A stretch of 64,000 nucleotides of DNA from an uncultured delta proteobacterium (GCA_963704165.1 CAVPHD010000004.1:416001-480000); one strand, 5' to 3'; numbered from the stretch's first letter, positions 1 to 9,887 are shown. Made by a program: numbers and translations. The notes: generated by a model from the sequence alone, not told the origin.

Positions 1-628
1 GCTCGTAGATCGAGACCACGCGCTCCAGACGCGCCGCGTGAGCGGGCGAGCGCGCCGCGCGCGCGAAGACGCGCGAAGCCGTGAAGCCCGTCTTGAAGTC
101 GCCCGGCGTGATCGACGTCGCGTCGATGCCGCTCCCCGCGAGCTCGAGTCGAAGCGCCTCGCCGAGCCCTTCGAGCGCGAACTTGCTCGCGCTGTAGAAC
201 GGCTGGTAGGGCAGGCCGACCAGGCCGCCGAGCGAGCCGATCGCGATCAGCCGCCCGCCCCGCTGCGCGCGCATCTGCGGAAGCACCGCGCGGATCATGC
301 GCACGGCGCCGAAGAAGTTCGTCTCCATCTGCCAGCGGACCTCGTCGAGCTCGGTGTCCTCCACCGAGCCGCAGAGCCCGACGCCGGCGTTGTTGACCAG
401 CACGTCGATGCGACGCTCGGCAGCGAGCAGCGCCTCGACGCAGCGGTGCACCGAGTCGTCGGAGGCGACGTCGAGCGCGAGCATGTGGACCGCCCCGTCG
501 TCGCCCGCGGGCTTGCGGCTCGTGCCGTACACGCGGTGACCCCGCTCGGCCAGCGTGCGCGCGATGCAGCGCCCGAATCCCGACGACGCGCCGGTGACGA
601 GCACGACCTTGGGTGTCTGCGGAACCAC
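1..628 (-). CDS. Short-chain dehydrogenase/reductase (SDR), 3' end runs off the window
   Basis: Manual translation from GTG at 628: MVPQTPKVVLVTGASSGFGRCIAR (TGxxxGxG), later VLVNNAG. No stop before position 1, so it is absent from the ORF track. Confidence 0.9.
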   Translation of the reverse strand, partial: MVPQTPKVVLVTGASSGFGRCIARTLAERGHRVYGTSRKPAGDDGAVHMLALDVASDDSVHRCVEALLAAERRIDVLVNNAGVGLCGSVEDTELDEVRWQMETNFFGAVRMIRAVLPQMRAQRGGRLIAIGSLGGLVGLPYQPFYSASKFALEGLGEALRLELAGSGIDATSITPGDFKTGFTASRVFARAARSPAHAARLERVVSIYE

Positions 629-1019
629 GAGACACCTTGGCACCGACGCGCACGGTCGGGCAAGTGCCGGTGTCTCGTGGGCGACGATTGCGAGGGCGAG
701 ACACATCTTCGTTCCCTTGCCGCGCCGCCCTCGTGGTTCGCCCAGTCGATTCGTCGCACCTCGGCTGATTCCGACACGGCACGATGGGCGCAGGCTGCGC
801 GGACAGGCGGGCCGAAGAGCAAAGGAGGATACGAAGTACAAGCGCGATTCTGCTCCGCAACTTCCGGTATGAGGCGTTCGGCGGCGGTCCTCGACGGTGG
901 AGATGCGGGCGAATGAGGCGGCGATCCGACCTCCGAGGCGGATTCTCCCCCCGAGGACCCGAGTCCATCGGACACCTCGGCGTCGGGTTGTTAGCAATTG
1001 GGTCGGGACGGAGAGTGCG

Positions 1020-2159
1020 ATGAACTCGAAAACGCGACGACGCGGGTACCTCGCCGCCGCGCTGGCCGTAGTCGTATCGGCGGCGGCTGGCTTTGCCGCC
1101 TTTCGAATGGCCGTCTCGCAGCTCGAGCGGAAGGTCGCCGAGGTGCTCGGCCCGAGCAGCGAGATGTCAGCGCTCCGGGTCGGCTGGTCGGGCGTGGTGA
1201 TCGAGGGCCTTCACATCGCGGCTCCATCGGGCTGGCCCTCGCCCGACGCGCTGCGTGCGGAGCGCGTTCTGATCGTACCGACCCTGCGCAGCCTCGTGTC
1301 GGGCGATTTCTATCGGATCCGCCTGGTCACGGTGACGCGGCCGTACCTGTCCGCGCTGCGCAAGGATGGTGAGATATCCCTCGCCCTGCCGGGCCTGCGT
1401 GGCGAGGCGAGCGCGCCCGGCGGCGGCACGCTCGCGGTCTTCTACGAGATCACACTCGAGGACGGTGTGATCGAGATCTTCGACGCCACGGTCGCGACGC
1501 CACCGCTCCGCATTCGGCTGGAGCAGATCGAGGCCCGCTTGGAGGACGTGATCGTGCCGGGCCTGAGCGGTCGCAGCGCATTCACGCTCGACGGCGTCGT
1601 AAAGGGCGCCCCGCCGGACGGCATCGCGCACGTCGACGGCTGGGTCGAGATCGGCACCCAGGACTCGTCGATCACGACGCGTCTGCGCTCGGTCGATCTG
1701 GTTCCGCTCGCGCCCTACTTGATCAAGCCGGACGAGCCCCCGATGCGGGCGGGTCGCGCGGACCTGGACCTGCATTCCGAGGTCCGCGACGGGCGTTTGA
1801 GGGCTCCCGGCTCGCTCACCATCACCGGCCTCGAGCTCGAGCCGCCGGAGGGCGTATTCGGCACGTTCATGGGCCTCTCGCGGCGCGCGGCGATCGCAAG
1901 CTTGGAAGAGAAGGGAGAGCGAATCACCGTCGACTTCGCGATCGAAGGTGCGGTCACCAACCCCGAGTTCTCGTTGAACGAAGCACTGAGCACGCAGCTC
2001 ACCTACTCGCTCGCGAAGGCGCTTGGCCTGAGCATCGGTGGTCTGGTCGAGGGCGTGGGCATGATCGGGCTCGAGGGCGGCGAGGCCGCGGGCGACGCGG
2101 CGACGGGCATCGGCGGCTGGATCTGGGATCTGTTCGACAGCGAGCCCGAGAAGAAGTAG
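1020..2159 (+). CDS. DUF748/AsmA-like protein with N-terminal membrane anchor
   Basis: ATG at 1020 within ORF 897..2159. N-terminal TM helix, beta-rich body, C-terminal 'FAIEGAVTNPEFS' typical of DUF748. Confidence 0.7.
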   Translation: MNSKTRRRGYLAAALAVVVSAAAGFAAFRMAVSQLERKVAEVLGPSSEMSALRVGWSGVVIEGLHIAAPSGWPSPDALRAERVLIVPTLRSLVSGDFYRIRLVTVTRPYLSALRKDGEISLALPGLRGEASAPGGGTLAVFYEITLEDGVIEIFDATVATPPLRIRLEQIEARLEDVIVPGLSGRSAFTLDGVVKGAPPDGIAHVDGWVEIGTQDSSITTRLRSVDLVPLAPYLIKPDEPPMRAGRADLDLHSEVRDGRLRAPGSLTITGLELEPPEGVFGTFMGLSRRAAIASLEEKGERITVDFAIEGAVTNPEFSLNEALSTQLTYSLAKALGLSIGGLVEGVGMIGLEGGEAAGDAATGIGGWIWDLFDSEPEKK

Positions 2160-2208
2160 CTGCGCGACTCGCTTCCCATTCCCGCCTCGTTCCGTCAGGC
2201 TGTCGAGC

Positions 2209-2358
2209 ATGCTCGAATCAATTGCGGTCATCCTGATCGTGCTCTGGCTGCTGGGCCTGGTGTCCTCCTACACGATGGGAGGATTGATCCACATCCTGGT
2301 GGTGATTGCGGTCGTGGTCATTTTGGTCCGCGTCATTCAGGGCCGAAGGGTCCTGTAG
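2209..2358 (+). CDS. lmo0937-family small membrane protein (49 aa)
   Basis: Manual translation MLESIAVILIVLWLLGLVSSYTMGGLIHILVVIAVVVILVRVIQGRRVL*; below the ORF-track cutoff. Confidence 0.85.
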   Translation: MLESIAVILIVLWLLGLVSSYTMGGLIHILVVIAVVVILVRVIQGRRVL

Positions 2359-2419
2359 CCCGGGAAGAGCGCGCGGCCCGGCTCGGCGAACACGAGACGG
2401 CCACAGCGCGCCGCACGCA

Positions 2420-2700
2420 CCGTGCCCCAGAGGCGGCGAGACGAGTGGCCGCTACCGAAGTCGTCGAGCCCGATCCGGACGCCCAACGCGCGCAGCTCGA
2501 CAAGGACTCGGAGCGCGTGTCAGGTCAGCGTGGCCTTCACGAGCTCCACGAAGCTCGGAGCCAGCTTGAGCTGCGAGGCGTTCACGGAGACGCGAATTCG
2601 GCTCGACGGCGGGCTCTTGCTCCATGCAGCGATCTGACCAACGGCGCTTCGAAGCACGCGTTCACCCATCGGAAGAACAATTCGCGTCTCCTCGGCGGTA
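2420..2700 (-). pseudogene. EAL (c-di-GMP phosphodiesterase) domain relic
   Basis: AEETRIVLPMGERVLRSA...RVSVNAS..., in-frame TGA at 2520-2522, then ELRALGVRIGLDDFGSGHSS. The middle (ELEITE region) and both ends are missing. Confidence 0.8.
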
Positions 2701-2797
2701 GTGTCTCGTGGGCCTGCGGGTGGGGCCGTGTCTCCGGGGGGATCTCCGCCCGGGGTGGGGTCCCGGGGTGTAGAGTTCCCGATCGACGGGAGTGGCG

Positions 2798-5452
2798 ATG
2801 TACATCCCGAGGCGCCTCGCGCTGGTCCTCTTGGCTCTTGCGATCGGTCGCCTCGCCCATGCAGACGTCTTCTCCTACGAAGCGGTGGGCAACGCCGGAC
2901 GCAACAACACGATCGACTCCAACGCCCTCTCGTGTGACACGGCCGAGGGTTGCTACACGAACCTCGGCGCACGCTGCTCGGACAACCCGAACCAGCTCTG
3001 CAACCTGCAGATCGTTCCCGCGGGACGCTGCACGTACGGCAGCCTGACCAGCGGTGTCGGTCCTTTCGGTACGAGCTGTGTGTTCCCGCACTGGGCGGGA
3101 CGCTGCGCTGTCAATCCGAAGGTCGGCTGCTCGAGCAACGCTCAGTGCGCCGATGTCGGTGGCGCCTGCGACCTGACGATCTCGGTCTTCGGCGAGCTCG
3201 CGTCCTCGTACGGCGGGCAGTGCAACTGCCAGGGCACCGACGCCGCGGCGCCGGATTTCGAGATCGCGATCTGCGGCGGGAGCCTCTCGGTCTGTTCCGA
3301 CGGAGATCCGATGCGCGACGTGGGAGGCCTGGGTGTCGCGCGCGGAATGGAGCTCAAGGTCGGCGGCGCCGGCGCGGAGACATTCGCAGGGCTCGGTCCA
3401 TCGCTCACCGGTTCCGGCACGCCGTCGAGCTCGCCCGCGTACCCGATCGAGAATCCGCCGATCAGCTTCGATCCCCAGCGGGACGCCGGCAGCGTCGCGC
3501 GTGCCCCTGCGCAGGGGATTGGACCGATCCGCCCGATTCGCACCACCGAGGCGCGGGAGGTGGTTCCGTACGTTCACCCCGCGATCGGAACCCCGGTCGA
3601 CGTGCGGAAGATGAAGTCGTTTGGCGACTCCTACTGGGAGGACTGGGCGTTCGTCTCGTCCGCGGTCTCGGGCACGTACAACACGCACGACGTCAGACTC
3701 CCGTGCGATCCGCCCGTCGGCTGGATCGTGGGCACTCCCGTTTCGGGGGGCCTGCACTGCCACGAGCTCGCGCGCGACGGACTGACGTTCCTCTGGGCCC
3801 GGGATCTGACCCCGGCGGAGATCGCGGCCTACACCGTCGGGGGGCAGCGGGTCTGTCCGCCGAACTGCAACAAGGACTTCGAGCTCTCGCCCCCGAGGTG
3901 CAGGAATCTCGTCGAGGCCGGTGCCATGGACCCGTACGCGGGTCTCCAGCTCGCGATCCAGAGCGGCGAGGAGGCCGCGGGGCGCCAGGCCGGCCTTCGA
4001 GACGCGATCGGCGTTTCGGTGTTCACCTGGACCACGTTCCTGGTCGACACCGATCTGCGTTGCAAGGTGGGCGGTTGGGGCAACGCGCCCGGCGTGGTCG
4101 GGCGTTGCAGCAATGGCTCGCGCGTCTGTGCACCCGGTAGCGCCGGCGACGCGGTCTGCGCGGCCGCGCCGAGCAACGGCAGCAGCTGCCGCACCTGCAT
4201 GGGTCCGTACGACTCGATCACGAACCCACTCGGCCTGCCGATCGGTTACGCCACGCACGGCCGACCCGAGCTCGATCTCGTCTCGGGCCAGCGCATCGGC
4301 GGGATCGCGGGCCAGAGCAGCCACATCCGCCTTCCGCTCATCGTCGTCGGCACCACCGGCAACGCGGCCGCGGACTTCCGAGATCTCGCCGACGAGGGCG
4401 CGCCGGCCGTCGATCTCGCTGACCTCGGCCCGGTCGACCCGAATGGAGCTCCGTTCGCGAGCGGTGTGGGTGCGGGCGGAACGTTCGCGAACGGCGTGGC
4501 GCTGAACATCGACGAGCCCTGCTGCCTCGGCGGCCTCCCGGTCCCCTGGGACGCCGCGGCGCTCGGCAGCGTGCTGCCCGGATTCGAGAACGGCTTCAGC
4601 TACCGGTACGGGCCGGGTGGCGGAGACGTGACGCAGAGCGACTGGGCACGCACGTACGACATCGGTCCCGGTCCGGACGGGATTCCGGGCTGCATCGGTG
4701 ACAACGCGCAGACGCTGAATGGATTCGAGGCGTGCACGTCTCGTCTCGGGAAGACGGCGGAGGGACCGAAGACCGATGGCTTCTACGCGACCGGCAAGGA
4801 CGATCGCGTGATTCGATACACCGTCGGATCGACACAGATCCCGGCGTCCGCGGCGAGATTCAACTGGCGAAGCGGTTCGCCCTGGCTGCTGGCGTACTTC
4901 GGATTCGAGCAGATCCCGCCCGTCGTGAACACCGTCTCGGCGTTCACCGTCCGTGACATCAGCTTCTTCGTTCCACGAAGTGCGGACCTGTTGGTGAAGA
5001 TGAACACGACCTGGTGTCCGCTCACGAGCGGATCCGCCGACTGCGGGTCGAGCGACGACAACTGCCTCTTGACGGGGGGTGATACGGACTTCGACGGTGT
5101 CTGCGACTCGGACGACAACTGCCCGTACGTCTCGAATCCCTCGCAGAGCGACGCGGGCGGCGTCGGGGCGGCGGGCGCCGACGGAATCGGCGACGTCTGT
5201 CAGTGCGGGGACGTGACGGGCGACGGCCGCGTGTTGGGCAGCGACGTGTTCGCGATCCGCACGGCGCTAGCGGCGGCCGGCGGGCCGATGGCCGCGCCCG
5301 AGCGGTGCAGCGTCACGGGTGCGATCGATGCGGGCGTGCTGCCCTCGGGCGCGCGGCGCGACTGCGATGTCGCGGACTTCGTACGGCTCGAGCGCGCCCT
5401 CGCGACGCTACCGCTCGGCGCGGCGCAGGTCTGCGAGAGCGCGGTGCCCTGA
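2798..5452 (+). CDS. Large secreted Cys-rich protein with C-terminal thrombospondin type-3-like repeat and dockerin-like module
   Basis: Signal peptide ending AHA-D; many Cys clusters; DTDFDGVCDSDDNCP...DGIGDVC followed by GDVTGDGRV...D. Confidence 0.8.
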   Translation: MYIPRRLALVLLALAIGRLAHADVFSYEAVGNAGRNNTIDSNALSCDTAEGCYTNLGARCSDNPNQLCNLQIVPAGRCTYGSLTSGVGPFGTSCVFPHWAGRCAVNPKVGCSSNAQCADVGGACDLTISVFGELASSYGGQCNCQGTDAAAPDFEIAICGGSLSVCSDGDPMRDVGGLGVARGMELKVGGAGAETFAGLGPSLTGSGTPSSSPAYPIENPPISFDPQRDAGSVARAPAQGIGPIRPIRTTEAREVVPYVHPAIGTPVDVRKMKSFGDSYWEDWAFVSSAVSGTYNTHDVRLPCDPPVGWIVGTPVSGGLHCHELARDGLTFLWARDLTPAEIAAYTVGGQRVCPPNCNKDFELSPPRCRNLVEAGAMDPYAGLQLAIQSGEEAAGRQAGLRDAIGVSVFTWTTFLVDTDLRCKVGGWGNAPGVVGRCSNGSRVCAPGSAGDAVCAAAPSNGSSCRTCMGPYDSITNPLGLPIGYATHGRPELDLVSGQRIGGIAGQSSHIRLPLIVVGTTGNAAADFRDLADEGAPAVDLADLGPVDPNGAPFASGVGAGGTFANGVALNIDEPCCLGGLPVPWDAAALGSVLPGFENGFSYRYGPGGGDVTQSDWARTYDIGPGPDGIPGCIGDNAQTLNGFEACTSRLGKTAEGPKTDGFYATGKDDRVIRYTVGSTQIPASAARFNWRSGSPWLLAYFGFEQIPPVVNTVSAFTVRDISFFVPRSADLLVKMNTTWCPLTSGSADCGSSDDNCLLTGGDTDFDGVCDSDDNCPYVSNPSQSDAGGVGAAGADGIGDVCQCGDVTGDGRVLGSDVFAIRTALAAAGGPMAAPERCSVTGAIDAGVLPSGARRDCDVADFVRLERALATLPLGAAQVCESAVP

Positions 5453-5475
5453 GGGCGGCTGCGCGCACTCCCGAC

Positions 5476-5610
5476 GCAACCGACGCGATCCTCGACGCCC
5501 GCGACCCGGCGCCGCGGACGCCGCGCTGCCCCGACACGCCGAGGCTCGACCGCACGCTCGCGGTCGTGACGGGCGCGACCGGCGGGATCGGCACCGAGAT
5601 CGCGCGCGGC
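5476..5610 (+). pseudogene. SDR N-terminal fragment
   Basis: LAVVTGATGGIGTEIARG Rossmann motif with no start codon and no rest of the domain. Confidence 0.6.
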
Positions 5611-5634
5611 TCCGCGCCGAGTTCGGCCGTGTGC

Positions 5635-6941
5635 CCGAGTGGCCTGCGCGAGTGCCCGAAGTCGACCTGTCTCCTTCCCGCGTTCGCCCAGAATTTGACC
5701 GACGGATTTCTGCGCACCCGGCTATCCAATGACCCGACGAAGGAAGACCGGGCTCGGACAACTTCCAATCACGAAATCGACACGAGCCCGCTCCGCGGCC
5801 GCGCAGAGGCACAAACGTTTCGCCGACGTCTGTGGTCGGGGAATCCGGGCGAGCGTGGTCGCCCACCCGCTACGACGCTGCGGGAACGGTGAAACCGGAC
5901 TCTCTTGACAGAAGCGGGCAGCCGATCGTCGATGAGCCGCTGGGCGTCGCCAACGCTTGGGCGAAGAGGGGAACGCTGTTCGCGGCGGGCGGCGACCGAG
6001 TGAACGCTGCTCCCGAGACCGCGATGACGAACACGCTGCTCCTGCGCGAGCACAATCGCACGACCGGCGTGATCGAAGCCAACCACCCCGGGTGGGACGG
6101 CGAGCAAGGCCTCTAGGGGACGCGCAACGTCCTGATCGTGATGTTCATCAAGATCGTGGTCGAGGAGTACATCAACCACATCAAGACGTTCGCATTCCGA
6201 CTCCGCGCTCTGCCCGAAGTCGAGTGGGCGGCGAACTGGAACCGGCCCAACTGGACGAAGACCGAGTTCACGCTTCTCTGCCGTTGGCACTCGCTGGTGC
6301 CGCAGACGATGCGCTGAGGCAACGAGCTGATCGACGAAGAGTATCTCTTGCTCGATAACTCCCGACTGCTGCGTGCCGGACTGGCGGAGGCGTTCGTCGG
6401 TCAGTCCGCGAACCACGCACCTGAGCTTGGTTTCGGCGATGCAGCGGATCTCATGCGCGATGCGGAGTTGGAGACGATTCGCCAAGCGCGATCCAATCGG
6501 CTCCAGGGCTACGCCGCCTATCGCCGGACGAAGGGGATGAAGGCTCCGAGCTTCCCCGAAGACCTCGTCGGACGCGGCACCGAACCGCTCGAGATTCAGC
6601 GGCGAGCGAATCACCCCAGAGGCCTCGAGGCCTGGTACCAGTCAGTCGAGAAGCTCGAGTGCTACACCGGCGTGTTTGCCGAGCCGCGCTCTGCCAATGG
6701 GCCGCTTCCGCCGCTGATTACGGCGACGGTCGCAATGGACGCATTCTCGCAAGCGCTCACCAACCCGCTCCTCTCGGAGCACGTCTGGGGCAACACCGCG
6801 AACCGACTCGAGACGTTCACGAGAGAAGGTCTTGATGCGATCGAGTCGACCGCGACACCGCGGGACATACTCGATCGCCGCTCGTCCGGTTCAGGGTCAC
6901 GGTCTGTCGGCATGACCCGACGCGACTGGAGGCGGGCGTAG
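5635..6941 (+). pseudogene. Animal-type heme peroxidase / cyclooxygenase-like fatty-acid dioxygenase pseudogene
   Basis: FAQNLTDGFLRT, TSNHEID, LLREHN, IVVEEYINHI, RWHSLVP, DAFSQALTNPLL. One frameshift near 5825, in-frame TAG 6114-6116 and TGA 6315-6317; N-terminus missing. Confidence 0.85.
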
Positions 6942-7202
6942 GCGAACGGGACTCTGCAGTCAGCGCCCCGTTCGGTAGCTCCCGAGCTCCGAGCAGTCAC
7001 ACCGGAGCGCTCGCGGCCGTCGAGAAGCCGAACGTTCTCAGAGCGATTCGGGCTTCCGCCTCGCGTTGGTTCCGGGTACGCGACTCCAATGATCCGGAGA
7101 GTGACAAATCGCTGCATGGTCTCCGATGTTGGTAGACAAGGAGTCTCGCAGGCAGATACATTGGCTAAATCGGGGTGAGAGATTGGGCTGGGAGGCGATC
7201 GA

Positions 7203-7421
7203 ATGCCTTGGTTCGAGATTGCTCGCGAAGTGGTGTCCCCGATCAGGCTGAAGATCGACACGCACCTGCATCGGGAGAAACAGTGTGCTCTCGGCTACCA
7301 CGACGAATCGTGCGAAGAGCGTGGGATGGAGCTGAAATGCCAGCCGTTTCGAGTGCCAGATCCGGATAACCACGAGAACCTGATCGTCCTGTACTTCTGC
7401 ACGCACATCACCTGGAGCTAG
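7203..7421 (+). CDS. Hypothetical protein or fragment in a visibly lower-GC stretch
   Basis: 72-aa ORF, GGAGG a few nt upstream of the ATG; no recognised motif. Confidence 0.3.
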   Translation: MPWFEIAREVVSPIRLKIDTHLHREKQCALGYHDESCEERGMELKCQPFRVPDPDNHENLIVLYFCTHITWS

Positions 7422-7599
7422 CCGCACAAGGCGGCTTCGCGACTCCCGCGAGCCTACGGACGGGTCCGACTTCCGCGAAGGCGCTCGCTCGCGCCGCGTA
7501 TGCTTTAAGAATCGGCGTCTCGCGCGCCGGATTCGACAACGGCCTGCGCGATGGCTGATCTCGATCTCGCCGCTCGAGCGGACCGATTCCTACCTGGGT

Positions 7600-7740
7600 C
7601 GGATGGAGCGATTGAAGCCCGCGTCGATGCGCTCGGCGCCATGATCCGCTGCTCTGCGCCGTTCAACACCACCCACTTGCTGGCGCTCTCGCTGTCCTGC
7701 GGCTTCACGCGAGCGGGCCTCCCCGTCGGCCTGAAGAGCT
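7600..7740 (+). pseudogene. Amidase-signature family C-terminal fragment
   Basis: SAPFNTTHLLALSLSCGFTRAGLPVGL resembles the amidase C-terminal pattern PFNxTGxPAxSLPCGFxxxGLPVGxQ. Confidence 0.6.
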
Positions 7741-7818
7741 CCGTCGTCCGTTCGACGAAGCCACGGCCCCGCTTGCCGGCAACGCCTACGAGCAGGCGAC
7801 CGCGGACTCCGACCCGCG

Positions 7819-8856
7819 CTACTCGCTCCTCCGCCGGCGCCAGGGCGGTCGGTACGAGATGCCGAGGCCGAGGATCCGCTGGATCAGGGCGGGGTACTCG
7901 ATCCCGCGGTGGTGGGCGGACTCGGCGATGTCCTCTTCGATCGCGAGATCCGGGTTCGGGTTGACCTCGATCACGTGCACCTGCCCGGCCTCGGTGAGTC
8001 GCAGATCGAGGCGAGCGTAGCCCGAGAGCTCGAGCGCCCGGAAGCTGCGGCGGGCCACTCGCTGGATCTGTTCGGTGAGTGAGTCGTCGATCTTCGCGGG
8101 GCCGGTCGCGATGCCCAGGCGCTTCTGATACTGCGCGCTCCACTTCGCGCGTTCGGTCGCGATGGGCAGCGTTCCGCTGGGAAGCTTGTCGAAGCGCATC
8201 TCCCAGGGTGGGAAGGTCTCGAGGCGCTGGTTTCCGATCACCCCGACGGTCAGCTCGCGTCCCTCGACGTACTCCTCGGCGATCGCGTGGGTTCCGACGT
8301 TGCGGTGCACGAACGCCACGCGCTCCCGCAGCGCCGCCGCGTCCCGCACCACCGATGCCTGCGAGATCCCGAACGACGCGTCCTCGTCCATGCTCTTCAC
8401 GATGATCGGGTAGCGCAGGCCGGCGGGCGAGTGGGCGCGGCGGCCGAGCCTGAACACGTGGAAGGCCGGAGTCGGGATGCGGTGGTAGCGAAGGATTTTC
8501 TTGGCGAGCGCTTTGTTGCGCCCGAGCGTCAGGCCCTGCGGGTTGCAGCCGGTGTAGCGCGCCCCCAGGAGCTCCAGATGGGAGACCACGTTGACCATGA
8601 AGGTCCCGATGTCCTGGAACTCGCGCAGCAGGTTGAAGATGACGTGGGGACGGAACTCGGAGACGCACTTCCGGATCGCCAGCAGGTCGTGCGACACGCC
8701 GAGCACCTCGAGCTCGTGACCGAGCTCGCGGATCGCCTGGGCGACGTCGTACTCCGTGCGGAAGGGGAGAATCTCGTCGCCCGTGTCGCGACCGGCGATG
8801 TCGTCCGGCGGGACCAGGTCTTCGTGGCAGAGCAGCACGACGCGCCGCCGCTTCAT
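7819..8856 (-). CDS. D-Ala-D-Ala ligase-like ATP-grasp protein (not canonical Ddl)
   Basis: YTG, NKALAK, PIIVK...EDASFGI, EEYVEGRE, ARLDLR, EVNPNP; lacks the N-terminal GGxSxE of true Ddl. Confidence 0.85.
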   Translation of the reverse strand: MKRRRVVLLCHEDLVPPDDIAGRDTGDEILPFRTEYDVAQAIRELGHELEVLGVSHDLLAIRKCVSEFRPHVIFNLLREFQDIGTFMVNVVSHLELLGARYTGCNPQGLTLGRNKALAKKILRYHRIPTPAFHVFRLGRRAHSPAGLRYPIIVKSMDEDASFGISQASVVRDAAALRERVAFVHRNVGTHAIAEEYVEGRELTVGVIGNQRLETFPPWEMRFDKLPSGTLPIATERAKWSAQYQKRLGIATGPAKIDDSLTEQIQRVARRSFRALELSGYARLDLRLTEAGQVHVIEVNPNPDLAIEEDIAESAHHRGIEYPALIQRILGLGISYRPPWRRRRSE

Positions 8857-9887
8857 CGGAAGTACTCCCAGTGGCGCCTTCTCACGTGGCGCATGGTGTG
8901 CACGGTCAGCATTACGATCGCGTCTCGGAGCACCTCGCGCTGCGGTCGTGCGAGGCGCAGTTTGAGCGCCTGGGCCCGCATGATCATCCCCTTCAGGACC
9001 TCGTCGACGACGAAGGCGTACTGTCCGGTCCAGTTCGCGACCCGCCCGCGCAGCTCACTCCGATGCGAGCGCAGGAACGCGGCGGCGCGTTGATGGCGCC
9101 CGTTCCCGGCGGCGTCGGAGAAGAGACGCAGCAGGTCGCGGTCGTAGATCGTCAGGTCCTCCTCGCTCCAGATCGACTTCTTCCGCGCGTAGTATTCGCG
9201 CAGCGTGAAGCGGATCGTCGGCAGCGAGTCCATTCGCTCCTGCGTGCGGACCAGCGGCTTCGCGTCGCGGAGCTCGCGCATCAGGGCCTCGACGAAGCGC
9301 AGCTTGCGGAGCGCCACCGGCCAGCTGGCGTAGCGATGGCGCCAGCGACCGCCGGGCCGCAGCCAGACGGCGAAGGTCTCCGCGAAGTCCTCCACCGGGT
9401 GGCTCTGCGCGTAGAAGTTGTCGACGTTGATCACGAACTTGCGGCTGTTCGGATTCGGCACGTAGCTTCGGCGGTAGGGCGCGCTCGTAGGACCGAAGTG
9501 CTCCCGCCACGCCTTGCGCCGCCGCAGCCGGTAGGCGTTGTCGAGCGCGTGCGCCGTCTCGTGGCGCAGCAGCTTGATGCACCACTCCTGGGTGCCGCCC
9601 TCGACCTCGAACATCTGCTTGCGCTCGAGGCGGGCGAGTCGAGGGTGCGCCAGGAAGAAGGGGATGCCGAACCCGGTGACACCGTCGGGCGTGAACCAGT
9701 CGGTCGAGAGCCACTGGTAGGGCCGGAAGCGCAGGCCCGCCTGCTCGAGCTCGCCGTGCAGCCGCGCCACGTTCTCGCCCAGCGCACCATCCTCCACGCC
9801 CACGCCGAGGTCGCAGAGCCGGACATCGAGGAGCGCATCGTCCGAAAGCTTGGCCCAGCGCGCACGGGCTCGAGGCGGAGTCGGCAT
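8853..9887 (-). CDS. Putative zinc-binding metallopeptidase
   Basis: HETAH (HExxH) plus YAQSHPVEDFAETFA; 4-nt overlap with the ATP-grasp gene. Confidence 0.85.
   Translation of the reverse strand: MPTPPRARARWAKLSDDALLDVRLCDLGVGVEDGALGENVARLHGELEQAGLRFRPYQWLSTDWFTPDGVTGFGIPFFLAHPRLARLERKQMFEVEGGTQEWCIKLLRHETAHALDNAYRLRRRKAWREHFGPTSAPYRRSYVPNPNSRKFVINVDNFYAQSHPVEDFAETFAVWLRPGGRWRHRYASWPVALRKLRFVEALMRELRDAKPLVRTQERMDSLPTIRFTLREYYARKKSIWSEEDLTIYDRDLLRLFSDAAGNGRHQRAAAFLRSHRSELRGRVANWTGQYAFVVDEVLKGMIMRAQALKLRLARPQREVLRDAIVMLTVHTMRHVRRRHWEYFR

Noticed and set aside
821..830. Strong SD (AAAGGAGG) in the SDR/DUF748 intergenic region
   Set aside because: No canonical start codon at a suitable distance and no recognisable ORF.
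6114..6317. In-frame TAG and TGA as pyrrolysine/selenocysteine recoding
   Set aside because: They co-occur with a frameshift and a missing N-terminus and are single-base changes from CAG/TGG. TAG and TGA act as normal stops throughout the window.
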